From positions 256,001 to 320,000 of the forward strand of contig JBGAHS010000001.1 of NCBI GenBank assembly GCA_044226015.1: DNA of 64,000 bases. The letters run 5' to 3'. Origin of the DNA: Candidatus Obscuribacteraceae bacterium (GTDB taxonomy: Bacteria; Cyanobacteriota; Vampirovibrionia; Obscuribacterales; Obscuribacteraceae). The notes beneath the pieces are model-generated. The model was not told the origin of the DNA and searched no databases. It saw only the letters and a list, made by a program, of their open reading frames with translations. The translations under genes and the position numbers were made by a program. Of this stretch, positions 39,481 through 49,787 are shown in pieces (positions within the stretch are counted from its first letter, which is position 1; the number at the start of each line of letters is the position of its first letter).

Positions 39481-39716
39481 CAATTTGAGGAAGTCTCAAT
39501 AGATCAGAATCGCTGAAAGCGGGATCGCTCCTTGCCGATTGCGTGCATTTCTTACCCTGCAGCAACTGTTACTGTTCGTCCCCACAATTCGACGAACACT
39601 GCCTTTATCTGCCGTTAAAAACTTCAAGCTTAATCTGATGTTCCAAAACACGGGGGTTTTGTTTTCTGGATGGGCATAAAGATCGCGGGCCGAAGTGCGG
39701 GCTCTTACTATGGCTT

Positions 39717-41135
39717 ATGGGCGGATTGGAAATGGCTGAACCTGCGACAGCGGAACAACAAGGCGCAAACTCACCAGCAAGGCAGTTGCTGGCGGCGCTT
39801 ACGAAGGCTTCTCAAGAAATGGAGAAGTCAGTAGCTGAAACGTACGAATACGTCTCCAAGCTGAATTCCGAGCTGGAGAGAGTGGTTAACTCTGAGCTCT
39901 CTGAAACTGCTGAAAAAACTGAAATGATGTTGCGCGGTCATTTGACAGGAATAACAGCGGAAAAGGAAGAAATTCTCTCGAAACTAACTGAGCTTCGGCA
40001 GGAAGAGTTGAAAGTACTGCAAGGCACTGGACGAGAGCTTCGGCTCGCAATTGTGGAAAAGCTCGATGGGCTGGTGACTCACTTTAAGTCTGATGTCGAT
40101 GAGCATTTGCGCTTGTTTCAAGAGCAACTTGAAAATACCGAGTCGGAAACTTCGTCATCTGTTGAAGCCATCCGAAATTCACTGCGCGAGCAAATTCCGC
40201 AGTTCCTCAAATCAATTGAAGAAGAAGTTGGAAATGAGCAGTCTTCAATGGAAGAGATGCAAACGCATTTTGTTGGCAAGTTGAATCAAGAGTCGACAGT
40301 GAGTTTGACTCAACTGCAAGAGCATGCAAGTGAATTGAAATCACGTTTAGATCAAGAAGGACAGGAGTTTTTGAACTCCGTAGATTTGAGTGCAGATGAT
40401 TTAATTTCAAGACAGACTGCAAAGCTGCAACAGCGCATTGAGTCGTTCTCTCAAATGGAGCAAGTCGCTGATCAACGAATTGCCTCTCTGACAGCCACTG
40501 ATATCAATTACATAAATGAATTGCCTAACACTTTTTCCTCGTCGTCCGAGCAAATGGCTGAATTGCATGTCGGATTGCATGCCACCATAGTCAAAAATCT
40601 TGCCCTCCAATATCGAACAGAGATTTTGTCTGCGGCTCAGGAAGCGGAAGATCAGTTGCAGATAGTTCGTGGCGATTTGCAGTCAATGCTGCGTCATTAT
40701 CAGAATCATTATGCAGAACTATTTTCGAGTTTGCTAAGCAAGTTTGAGAAAGCTTCAAATGAGATGCTCTCCTCGCAGACCGCGTCTCGTGACGATTCTA
40801 AAAATACACAACAAGCCCTGGTTTTAATTCAGGAGCAATTCGGTGGCATCAAGAAAATAGTTTCGGAATGTTCTCGAGACAAGGTTTCTGAAACCGAAAA
40901 CACTATGGAGAAGGCATACGAGGAGTTTCGAGTCAAACTCGATAATGCCAGAAAAAATGCTGCAGACAAAGTTGAAAGCAGTTTCAAACAGAGCCAGGAT
41001 GAGCTTGGAAAGATGCAGCAGCACAATGAAGACAATCTGCAAGAGATGAGTATGAAGATCGATGAACTTGAACAAGCAATAAATGAGGCTAAAGAACTCA
41101 TCAAAGCTCTTGATCAAGCTAGCCTGGATTTCTAG
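39717..41135 (+). CDS. All-helical coiled-coil/apolipoprotein-like protein
   Basis: 472 aa, E/Q/L/S-rich amphipathic helices, few Pro, no TM. Confidence 0.8.
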   Translation: MGGLEMAEPATAEQQGANSPARQLLAALTKASQEMEKSVAETYEYVSKLNSELERVVNSELSETAEKTEMMLRGHLTGITAEKEEILSKLTELRQEELKVLQGTGRELRLAIVEKLDGLVTHFKSDVDEHLRLFQEQLENTESETSSSVEAIRNSLREQIPQFLKSIEEEVGNEQSSMEEMQTHFVGKLNQESTVSLTQLQEHASELKSRLDQEGQEFLNSVDLSADDLISRQTAKLQQRIESFSQMEQVADQRIASLTATDINYINELPNTFSSSSEQMAELHVGLHATIVKNLALQYRTEILSAAQEAEDQLQIVRGDLQSMLRHYQNHYAELFSSLLSKFEKASNEMLSSQTASRDDSKNTQQALVLIQEQFGGIKKIVSECSRDKVSETENTMEKAYEEFRVKLDNARKNAADKVESSFKQSQDELGKMQQHNEDNLQEMSMKIDELEQAINEAKELIKALDQASLDF

Positions 41136-41144
41136 GAGAGGGAA

Positions 41145-42482
41145 ATGAGCAAAAGTCTGAAGGACATTGTAGAAGAAGGATTTGCAAGGCTCGCGGTTCT
41201 TTCCGAAAAACGGAAAGAACTGTTGTTGCGTTGTGAGGAATTAGCAGATGGCTCCTCAAGCCCTCAATGTAAACAAGGCTTGAATAAACTTGGTGCTACA
41301 GAAGTTACTTATAGCCAGGAAATTTCGGCTCATGTCGACCGCTCCCAAGAAGTTCTTCAACAAACCCTAGCTCAGATTGTTGAAGATAATGAACGCTTTC
41401 TAGCAAGTGTCAAAGAAAACCTGCATCTGCGCATAACTCGCGTGTTGAGGGAACTTGAGCGCTCAAGAGACTGGCTTATTGCGGGCTCTACTGAGAAGTA
41501 TGAGTCATTGATCATGCCGCTCGAAAGAGAAATGGAAGCGGGAAAAACAGATCTGCGATTTCAAGCTGTTAAGTTACTTGGCGAATTGGAGGCCTCGTGC
41601 AAGCGCAGCCAATCAGCTTTGAATGAATCTCAAGCGGAAATCGCTGGACGATTGTCTAGTAGTGAGCATGAACTAATCGGAATGCTTGGTTCCGACTTCG
41701 GAACTCTGGTTCAAGAGTCGGAAAAGAGACGCGGACTTGTGACTGAATCACTCGAAATGCTTTACAAGCAACAAAGTGAACAGATGACCAATTTGACAGC
41801 AGAGATGGACCAACGCATTTCTCTAGTGGTGGCAAAAAAGTTGGAGGCCGTCAGGGAGTTAGGCAGTTCAACTGAATCAACTCTTGATCAGATTCGTGAT
41901 CGTGTACTGTCTGCGGCGGCAGCCGAAATTGCTGCATCCAGCCAGGAGTCCTTTTCAGAGCTGGAAGTAAGCTACGAATACAGCCACCAGGACCTTTCAG
42001 AGAAACTACAAGAACTTCGTGTACAAACAAATGAAATGCTAGTTCAGGTCAAACAGTTTTTGGATGAACTAGAAAGCAGCATCAGGACAAACGCAGAAAC
42101 CATTGATTCTGAACTGCGCAGCCGACCACCTGTCGACCCCGTGAGCACTCTTTCTCTGCGCAACCCTGTTGAGGAAACAATAAAACAACTCAGCCGTGAA
42201 GCTGACTCAGTAGCAGTTGATTTCAAAAGACAGATGAATGAACTCGTCAAAATTCAATCTGACCGCCTCTCCAATCTTTGTGCATCTGCAGAAACTTCTC
42301 TTTCTGCTGCTACCCTGGCATTGAATACCGAATTGAAACAGATGACTAGACTTCACGATCAGACGTGGACTGAGCGTGAGCTAGAACTGACAAACCGTCT
42401 CCGCAAGCTGGAGAAGGAAGCAAGTGAAACCTATGCTCTTGTAGGTGATGGATCCGCAGATAGCTCAGATGGGAGCGTTTAA
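41145..42482 (+). CDS. All-helical coiled-coil/apolipoprotein-like protein
   Basis: 445 aa, SD AGGAGAGGG, same composition as the upstream gene. Confidence 0.8.
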   Translation: MSKSLKDIVEEGFARLAVLSEKRKELLLRCEELADGSSSPQCKQGLNKLGATEVTYSQEISAHVDRSQEVLQQTLAQIVEDNERFLASVKENLHLRITRVLRELERSRDWLIAGSTEKYESLIMPLEREMEAGKTDLRFQAVKLLGELEASCKRSQSALNESQAEIAGRLSSSEHELIGMLGSDFGTLVQESEKRRGLVTESLEMLYKQQSEQMTNLTAEMDQRISLVVAKKLEAVRELGSSTESTLDQIRDRVLSAAAAEIAASSQESFSELEVSYEYSHQDLSEKLQELRVQTNEMLVQVKQFLDELESSIRTNAETIDSELRSRPPVDPVSTLSLRNPVEETIKQLSREADSVAVDFKRQMNELVKIQSDRLSNLCASAETSLSAATLALNTELKQMTRLHDQTWTERELELTNRLRKLEKEASETYALVGDGSADSSDGSV

Positions 42483-42484
42483 AG

Positions 42485-45400
42485 ATGAGTCTTTTGCCGT
42501 TGCAACTTAATTTGCCGATGCAGCAACTACGCAAATATTTGCGGTTGTATTTGTCAAGCTCGGAGCAGTCTGTCGATGATTGGTCCTCCGCTGAAACCGG
42601 GACTGTGAAAATCGGCGACGTATACACGCTCTTTAAGCCAGCCAGGCTCTTTGCTGATAACGAAGATATGTCAGAGTTGCAGGTCGACGGAGTAGCTGTT
42701 GTCTTTAGAGAAGATGCTGGCTTTCCCATGAACTATTTCATCGATGAAAATACTTTTGAAATGAGCTTTATGGAAGGGACTCTTTCGCAGAAAGCTTCTG
42801 AGGCAAGAGAGCAAGGACTGTCTTTTTATTGTTTCCACTCTACTTTGGCTCGCCCTCTTTCTACGGAGGCGGGCACCGCTATTGGTGGCATGCACAAATG
42901 GGGTGGCTCTGGCGACAGGCTAAAAGCTCCTCATGGCTTACCTGAGCCTCTTTATTTCTTTTTGACTTCTTTAGGTCTTGCCGTGGAGCCTACTTTGGCT
43001 CGGGAAGCATTGCCCATAAATGAGTTTGTTTTATCCTTGTGGAATCCGAGAGAACTCTCCGCTACCAGCAGAGCCCCTAATGCTTCTGAGTTTTTTGTCC
43101 CTGTTGATGCCGCTGGACAGCCTGTATATGATGGATTCGCCGCAGGCAGCCCTGTTGTTTCAGAGCCCGAAGCTGTGGAAGTTCAATCTGCCGTTGATTA
43201 TGGCGCGATGTCGTTCTCTGCTTTGCTTGATGATCTTTCGACTGTTCCAGGCGCTGCTGATACCGGTAATGGTGGCAATGGCGCACCTGCGGCTGAACCA
43301 GTGAATTCGGCTCCGCCTGCTGAAACAACAGAACAAAGCAGCTTAAGTGCATTGCTGGAAAAAGTTTCTGGGGTGAGCAGCCAGATTCCTCCGACGGCTC
43401 CAAGTGTGAGCCCGAACGCCGAGTCGGAAGATGAAGATGAATCACTCGACCTTTCGAAACTGGAGAACGCGCTAAAAGACCTTGTCACGAATCAATCGCA
43501 GCCAGTGAAAGCTGTGCCTCCAGAAGTCGTAAAGCCAGCGGAAAGCAAGCCCGTGCGGAAGGGACAACTCGGACCTCAATTTGAAGATTCCGAGGGAGCC
43601 TGGGAGATGCTCAAGGCTAAACCGAAGGATGAATTCACAGAAGGCAGCCCGTCAACACCGTTGCCATTTGCCCTGAATGTACAGGCTGCTGAAGCTGGAC
43701 CGGAACTCACTGATGAACTTGATTTCTCCGCTGCTCTTGCCGCCGAGCTGAATCAGGAAGTTAACCTGTCTTTGCCTGGTGCTGAGGAAGAAAAAGCATC
43801 AGTCACAAAAGGAATGGAACCTTGGCCGAGCGACTTTGCAGCAGCTTTGAAGGCGGACTTAGCCGCTGAAGAACCACCCGCGGCTGCCCCAGCTACAAAA
43901 GGAATGGAACCTTGGCCAAGCGACTTTGCAGCAGCTCTTAAAGCAGAACTTGCGGCTGACGCACCTGCTGAGAAACCTGCGGCCGCTCCAGGTGCCACAA
44001 AGGGTATGGAACCCTGGCCGTCGGACTTTGCTGCAGCATTGAAAGCTGAACTTTCGGCTCCAGAGTCTAGTTTGAGTTTTGAGCAGGCCGCACAGAATGC
44101 CAGCTCTACTGCAGGCAAAGAATCTGCTGCACAAGGAATGGAACCCTGGCCGTCTGACTTTGCTGCAGCACTGGCAGCTGAGTTAAGTTCTGAGATTAAC
44201 CTTGGTGCGGGTCCAGCGGAAGCTGCTCCTCCAGCGTCAGAACAAGCCCCTGCTGTTTCTCAGCCTGCTGCTGCGTCCGCTGCTGCGCCTGGAACAGTGG
44301 CACCATCACCTGTCGGAGGTGGTACCTTCGCCGGTGGATTGGATTCGCTTCTAACTGCATCGGCTCCCAGCAAACCGAGTGAGGCAATCTCTGCTTTTGA
44401 AGCAAAGAAGGGTGACATCAAAGCGCCCATAAAGAAGGATGATAAGCTTGCAGCTAAACCCGCATCTAAGCTCGATGCAATGGTGACCAAGCAGGGGCTC
44501 AGTCAGACTAACAGTAAACTTCTCGGTGGTGCCGCAGGTGGTGGCTTACTAGCTGGAGCGAAAGCTGAAGCACAGAAGCCGGGAGCTCTCGGCAAACCTA
44601 CTGCCAAACCAGAGTCTAAGCTATCCAGGTTGTCTCAACCTTTAGAGGGTCAACAAGACCCAATTGAGAATGCAGCAGAAGCAACAGAGGCGGTTAATGC
44701 CGCTCCTGCAGAGGAGGTTTCTGCTCCTACAGCCTCAGCTCCAGCTCCGGCTCAAGCTCCAAATTTGACTCCTGGATTTTTCGCAGCGTCCGCTCTGGCA
44801 TCCGAATTGGATGACAGCAATAGCGCCGCTGAATCAGACTCTCCGCCTGCTGCTCACGCCGCAGCCAGTGGTGCCGCCGTTGGAGAAATTCCGTCGTTCT
44901 TACTTTCAAACAATTCGATGTCGTTCGCTGCCGCAGATACATCTTCTGAAGCACCAGATATTCCTTCGTTTTTGTTGCCCCAGAGCACTGAAGCGGTGCC
45001 ATCAGGTGCGGTGCCATCGGGTGCGGTGCCTGCGGTGCCATCAGGTGTAGTGCCGTCAGGTGCGGTGCCATCAGGGGCGGTGTCATCAGCTGCGGTGCCT
45101 GGTGAATCTGTTCATAATCCTCAAGACTCCATCGAAACACCAGCGTTCATTCCCGAAACTTCTTTGGCTGCTGAAACGGCAGCAGATGTGTATAGTGAAG
45201 CTTCAGTCGCGGGTGTTGATGCTGTAGAAGTCAGCCCTGAAGCTCTTGGCGAATTAAGTATGGGTGCCGCAGCAGGCGAATTCATTGGCGAGACAACCGC
45301 GCCTACAACACCGGAACTTGGTGCGAATTTCGCAGAGCAATTGGTTTCCGAACTGGGCTTTAATGATGCGCTAAATCAGGCGCCCGCAAGCGATGACCAG

Positions 45401-47599
45401 CCATCGAGCATATCGCTAGAACCGCCACAAGCAATTGAGCAGCAATCTGCCGAACCGGTGATTTTGAATCCGGCAGATACCTATGAAGATCTGCCTGCAA
45501 TTCCTGCTGTCGATTACAGTGAGGTAGATTCGGATTCGGCTATAGTCAGCCCAACTCCGCAAGAATCTTCTTTGCCGGCTGCGCCGCTGGGTGAATCTTC
45601 GCAGAACGCATCAATGAAAGTTCCACCTGCTAAACCTGGGAAGCTCGATTTCTCTAAGAGCAGAATGTTCGGCTCAGGCAAGCAAAAGAAGGCTGGAAAG
45701 ACAACTTCAGAAGAAAAGAAGGTGCAGCTTTCAGACCTCTTAGCTCAGAAAGATATGGCTGTCAGCAATGTGGAAACTCCGTTGAATGCACAATCTGCTT
45801 TTGAACCGCCAATTGAAATGGTGCAGCAAGAGCCCGCATCAATGGAAATGGCAGCTAGCGAAATAAGTCAGGAGTCGCTTACTCCTGACGTTCAAGAACA
45901 ATCTCCTGTTTCAGACGCCTTCGTTGAAGCCGAAGCATCATTCGAAGCCCCTGAAGCTTCCGAAGTGTTTGCGGTTCAACCTGAAATAGCGCTTGGGCAA
46001 AATGTCCAAGCTCAGATGGAAGCAACAAATGATTTCGCTCAAGAGCAGGAAAACAGTGATTCCGAAACTGGTAATCCACAAGATGTTTTTGCTTCGCCAG
46101 AAACCGCACCTGTGAGCGAAGCTGTGCCAGCTCAATCAGATCCAGTATCAGCTCAAGCAGACCTGGCCGCAGCACCAGCAGCAGTAACACCTCCAGCAGT
46201 GCCTGCTGCTACACCACATCTTGAGAAAAAGAGTGCTGATGAAGAAGAAGATGATGAGTCTCGTCCGCAAAAGAAACTTTCATTGCAGGCAACTCTCTCC
46301 AAATTGGAAGATCAATCACAGCGTGCTCAAATTCGCCTCGCCGAATTCAAAGAGTCTCATGAGCTTGCATGCAGTGATGACGCAAAAAATATCAAAGTGC
46401 AGTCTGATGAATTTGAGAAGTCAATCAATGCGACTCTGCTAGTAGCGAGAGAATCAATCCGCAATAAGTTCCAGTCTCTGGTTGATGAAGCCAGCCAACG
46501 ATTGAAAGGTCTGATTGCTGATGGTCAGGCGCAAATTCAAGGAAGTTTGCCGCAAGCTCATGCCGATTTAGACGTGATTGCTGCTGAAGCAAATATTGAA
46601 CTTGTAGACAGTCTCTTAGAAGAGGCATACACCAATTTCAACAAAATCTACCAGAACAGATTCTCTTCAATTGAATCTGATCTGCAAGGTTCACTCAATC
46701 TCGTACTTGGCGAGGAACTAGCCAGCCTGAAGAATTGGCGTGAAGGTGAGCTGAAAACGTTCACCAATTCCTTTGAACAAATCGTCAGTCGTGTCGAACA
46801 GCATCGTATTGCCAGTCTGAGTGCACTTGAAAGTTGCGTTCACTCATTACAAGAAGAATTGAAGAGGTTGCAGGAAATCGACCTGGGACGACTTGCGCTT
46901 CTCAATTCTGAACTAGGTGAAACTCTTGAGCAGTCGTGCAAGCTTGCCGAAATGCGTTTGACACGAGATTGTGATATTGCGCTGGCTGAAAAAATCATGC
47001 CTTTGCTGGCGGAATGGAAGAGCAATCTTGGCATTACTGCCAGGAACTTGAGAATTGAAATAGAAGAGTATTTGGAAAGTCACTCAGAGACTTCTCTTTC
47101 TGAATTTGAACCCGTTCTTGCTCTAGGCAAAGAAGCTGTCACTCTGATTGTCTCGAATGTTAGTGAATTGCAAGAAAACATTGAGGGGCCAGAAAAAGAA
47201 TCTCTTGAATCGAAATATCAGGAATTGAGTACGTTTTTCGAGGAAAAAATCTCTTCCCTTGGCTTTTATTTCGATGAGCAAAAGCAGAAGAAACAAGATG
47301 GTGTCACCAATAACGAGTCTAACAATGCTCAGAAAATAGATAAAATCGGTGACACAAGTCTCGGAAAGATCTCAGATGCTAGTAGCAATGCTCAAAGCGA
47401 ACTGTTCAAACAGGCAGATAACTTTGTGGATAGCTATGACAAGCGAGCTGAAGACATCTGTATTGCATCCATCGCCGAGATGAACAATGATCTTGAGCTT
47501 GCACGGAACTTGAGACGTGAATCTTTGAGGAGGTTGCAAGATAGGTTGAGTAAATTGAGCAGTACAGTCCAGGCTGTTCAGGCCCAGTTGATTCAATAG
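42485..47599 (+). CDS. 1704-aa protein: N-terminal globular domain, acidic low-complexity linker with repeats, C-terminal helical domain
   Basis: Long uninterrupted ORF; 4x GMEPWPSDFAAAL; AVPSG repeats; helical last ~440 aa. Confidence 0.85.
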   Translation: MSLLPLQLNLPMQQLRKYLRLYLSSSEQSVDDWSSAETGTVKIGDVYTLFKPARLFADNEDMSELQVDGVAVVFREDAGFPMNYFIDENTFEMSFMEGTLSQKASEAREQGLSFYCFHSTLARPLSTEAGTAIGGMHKWGGSGDRLKAPHGLPEPLYFFLTSLGLAVEPTLAREALPINEFVLSLWNPRELSATSRAPNASEFFVPVDAAGQPVYDGFAAGSPVVSEPEAVEVQSAVDYGAMSFSALLDDLSTVPGAADTGNGGNGAPAAEPVNSAPPAETTEQSSLSALLEKVSGVSSQIPPTAPSVSPNAESEDEDESLDLSKLENALKDLVTNQSQPVKAVPPEVVKPAESKPVRKGQLGPQFEDSEGAWEMLKAKPKDEFTEGSPSTPLPFALNVQAAEAGPELTDELDFSAALAAELNQEVNLSLPGAEEEKASVTKGMEPWPSDFAAALKADLAAEEPPAAAPATKGMEPWPSDFAAALKAELAADAPAEKPAAAPGATKGMEPWPSDFAAALKAELSAPESSLSFEQAAQNASSTAGKESAAQGMEPWPSDFAAALAAELSSEINLGAGPAEAAPPASEQAPAVSQPAAASAAAPGTVAPSPVGGGTFAGGLDSLLTASAPSKPSEAISAFEAKKGDIKAPIKKDDKLAAKPASKLDAMVTKQGLSQTNSKLLGGAAGGGLLAGAKAEAQKPGALGKPTAKPESKLSRLSQPLEGQQDPIENAAEATEAVNAAPAEEVSAPTASAPAPAQAPNLTPGFFAASALASELDDSNSAAESDSPPAAHAAASGAAVGEIPSFLLSNNSMSFAAADTSSEAPDIPSFLLPQSTEAVPSGAVPSGAVPAVPSGVVPSGAVPSGAVSSAAVPGESVHNPQDSIETPAFIPETSLAAETAADVYSEASVAGVDAVEVSPEALGELSMGAAAGEFIGETTAPTTPELGANFAEQLVSELGFNDALNQAPASDDQPSSISLEPPQAIEQQSAEPVILNPADTYEDLPAIPAVDYSEVDSDSAIVSPTPQESSLPAAPLGESSQNASMKVPPAKPGKLDFSKSRMFGSGKQKKAGKTTSEEKKVQLSDLLAQKDMAVSNVETPLNAQSAFEPPIEMVQQEPASMEMAASEISQESLTPDVQEQSPVSDAFVEAEASFEAPEASEVFAVQPEIALGQNVQAQMEATNDFAQEQENSDSETGNPQDVFASPETAPVSEAVPAQSDPVSAQADLAAAPAAVTPPAVPAATPHLEKKSADEEEDDESRPQKKLSLQATLSKLEDQSQRAQIRLAEFKESHELACSDDAKNIKVQSDEFEKSINATLLVARESIRNKFQSLVDEASQRLKGLIADGQAQIQGSLPQAHADLDVIAAEANIELVDSLLEEAYTNFNKIYQNRFSSIESDLQGSLNLVLGEELASLKNWREGELKTFTNSFEQIVSRVEQHRIASLSALESCVHSLQEELKRLQEIDLGRLALLNSELGETLEQSCKLAEMRLTRDCDIALAEKIMPLLAEWKSNLGITARNLRIEIEEYLESHSETSLSEFEPVLALGKEAVTLIVSNVSELQENIEGPEKESLESKYQELSTFFEEKISSLGFYFDEQKQKKQDGVTNNESNNAQKIDKIGDTSLGKISDASSNAQSELFKQADNFVDSYDKRAEDICIASIAEMNNDLELARNLRRESLRRLQDRLSKLSSTVQAVQAQLIQ
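43808..44185 (+). repeat. Four dispersed coding repeats (K/Q)GMEPWPSDFAAAL(K/A)A(D/E)L
   Basis: Peptide core identical while codons differ synonymously between copies. Confidence 0.92.
44993..45100 (+). repeat. 15-bp coding tandem repeat (AVPSG)n
   Basis: GCGGTGCCATCAGGT units, about 6-7 copies. Confidence 0.85.
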
Positions 47600-47659
47600 G
47601 TCAAAAATTATCTAGATAATCGTTTTTTTCGTAGCCAGACTAACAAAAAACGGGTTAAA

Positions 47660-47693
47660 AGTAGCATATTGGGTAGAAATCCAATATGCTACT
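47660..47693. promoter_or_regulatory. 13-bp perfect inverted repeat upstream of PAS-REC-HPt gene
   Basis: AGTAGCATATTGG-GTAGAAAT-CCAATATGCTACT; no downstream U tract. Confidence 0.55.
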
Positions 47694-47723
47694 GGTGGGC
47701 TGACACAGTACGGTTGGAACAGT

Positions 47724-49265
47724 ATGTCAAGTAGTTGGGAAATGCCGATTAAGAAGTTAGGAACTCAAATAGACGAACTACAGAAGTCGCTGGAGGCTAA
47801 TCAGCAACTTGAACATGAACAACTTCAAGGACTCGAGCTTGCGCGACAACGACTTCGCTTCCTAACACAGGGACCTGAAACAGCTGGACTGGCAGAGCTT
47901 CCCAGACTGTTACAAGCAGTCCTCACGCAGCAAACCATAGGTGTCATGATTCTGGCACAGGATGGCAAGATCTTACTTTTTAACTCTGTGGCAGACAGGA
48001 TATTTGGACTTTCGAATGGTGACATTACCAGTCAAGGTGTCCAAAACGGCTGTCAATTGTTCCTTGAGGATAAAACCACTCCCTTCACTGGCATGCCTTG
48101 GACCAAGGCAGTAAAGGGTGAAGATGATCCCCAGACACAGTTCTACGTGAAGCGTCCGGACCTCCCGGAAGGTATGTTCATTTCTGTCACTTGCACAACT
48201 TTGAAAGGTTCCAATTCCGATGTTTCTGGCGTTGTAGTCCTTGTCCTCGACATGACTGAACATGTCAAAATTACTGAGCAACTGCGCACGTTGTGCAAGC
48301 AGTTAGAAGATCAAATTACCAATATCGAAACTGCAAGAGAAGAAATAAAGGCATTAGCGGAAAAACTTGGCAAGAAAGGCGTAAGTGCTGAACCTAGCCA
48401 AAACGCCTCCCTTTCGCCTCTGCAGCGTCCGCCTGCTGCGGCAACAGCTGCTCCGCCAGCTTCAGGTACTGTAGTCGCTGATGCTGCAAAAATTAAACTG
48501 GTTCTTGTTGTTGACGATATTCCAGTAAATCAGAAGTTACTGATTATGCATTTGAAGAAGATGGGCTTTGACGTCGAGTCTGCCTTCAATGGAAAAGAAG
48601 CTGTTGCGAATGCTCAGAAAAAAGATTACGCCTTGATATTCATGGACTGCGATATGCCTGTTATGAATGGATATGAGGCAACTATTGCGATTCGCCAGGA
48701 CGAGTTGAAATCAGGCAAGCACGTTCCAATAGTTGCGATGACATCTTATGACCGTGTTGGTGATAGAGAGCGTTGTCTCTCGGTAGGCATGGATGAATAC
48801 CTCACAAAAGGTGTCACGCAAAAACAACTTCAAGAAGTAGTCCAGTGGTGCATGACTCGCGGAACCGGCGCACAGGAAGCTGCAGAAACTACCGCCGAAC
48901 AAATCGCGGAGAAAGATCAAACATTAGACATCGACGCTCTAATCAAGACTTTCGGTAAATTTGAACTTGAGGAAATTCTCAAGCTATTCCTAATGTCTAC
49001 GACCACCCTCACAAGTTGTTTGCAATTCGCAATCGAAGACCATGACGTTGAGTCGGTTAGCCACTTCGCGTATTCACTGAAGGGACCATGTTCGTCGATT
49101 GGCTTGACGCAGATGGCGTTACTGGCTGCTGATATCACAAAGTGCTGTGAGGAAGAACGCTGGGAAGAAGCTATGAGTTCATACAAACGTCTACGCAGCC
49201 TCTACGACAAGATCAAGCAACAAATCGAACAGGCCGGGCAAGAGTATCAGTGGGTTTTGACATAG
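47724..49265 (+). CDS. PAS-REC-HPt-like signalling protein without kinase core
   Basis: PAS (GKILLFNSVADRIFG); REC (VVDD, FMDCDMPVMNG, YLTK); HPt-like AYSLKG. Confidence 0.85.
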   Translation: MSSSWEMPIKKLGTQIDELQKSLEANQQLEHEQLQGLELARQRLRFLTQGPETAGLAELPRLLQAVLTQQTIGVMILAQDGKILLFNSVADRIFGLSNGDITSQGVQNGCQLFLEDKTTPFTGMPWTKAVKGEDDPQTQFYVKRPDLPEGMFISVTCTTLKGSNSDVSGVVVLVLDMTEHVKITEQLRTLCKQLEDQITNIETAREEIKALAEKLGKKGVSAEPSQNASLSPLQRPPAAATAAPPASGTVVADAAKIKLVLVVDDIPVNQKLLIMHLKKMGFDVESAFNGKEAVANAQKKDYALIFMDCDMPVMNGYEATIAIRQDELKSGKHVPIVAMTSYDRVGDRERCLSVGMDEYLTKGVTQKQLQEVVQWCMTRGTGAQEAAETTAEQIAEKDQTLDIDALIKTFGKFELEEILKLFLMSTTTLTSCLQFAIEDHDVESVSHFAYSLKGPCSSIGLTQMALLAADITKCCEEERWEEAMSSYKRLRSLYDKIKQQIEQAGQEYQWVLT

Positions 49266-49275
49266 GGGAACGAAA

Positions 49276-49614
49276 GTGTCCACTCCAGTTGCAGATCTGA
49301 AATCATTGGAAGAAGAATTGGACGAAGAATGCGCCCGTGAGCTAGCGGGTGCGTTTCTCGAAGACTCAGGTAATGCAGTTAGCGGAATTCAGGAAGCTAT
49401 AAAAGCACGTAATTTTGCTGAACTTAAGCAACATGCGCATGCATTGAAAGGTTGCTGCCGAACCATTAAAGCGATCACTGCAGAGCAGATTTGCACTGAA
49501 CTCGAAATGGCTGCAGCAAACCAGGAATGGTCGCAGGTTGGTGATTTACTTCCGAAAATTGCCAGCAGTTACAACGAACTTTGTGCCTACATAAACAGCT
49601 ATCTCGGCAACTAA
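49276..49614 (+). CDS. Stand-alone HPt phosphotransfer protein
   Basis: AHALKGCC motif in a 112-aa helical bundle. Confidence 0.88.
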   Translation: MSTPVADLKSLEEELDEECARELAGAFLEDSGNAVSGIQEAIKARNFAELKQHAHALKGCCRTIKAITAEQICTELEMAAANQEWSQVGDLLPKIASSYNELCAYINSYLGN

Positions 49615-49624
49615 ATCCAGCAAA

Positions 49625-49775
49625 GATTCCGACCGAATTCTTTTTGAATGGATTCTGTCCGAATTCGGTTCCGAATTTTGGTTCCGAATTCTTTCGTGTC
49701 GGATTCACTTGTCGAATTCATGTATCCCGAATTCATGTATCCCGAATTCGTGTGCTGAATTCTTTTGAGGAATTT
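49625..49775. repeat. Intergenic (CC)GAATTC micro-repeat cluster
   Basis: Seven GAATTC sites in about 130 bp; 15-bp exact tandem CGAATTCATGTATCC x2. Confidence 0.85.
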
Positions 49776-49787
49776 CTTGTTGGGTTC

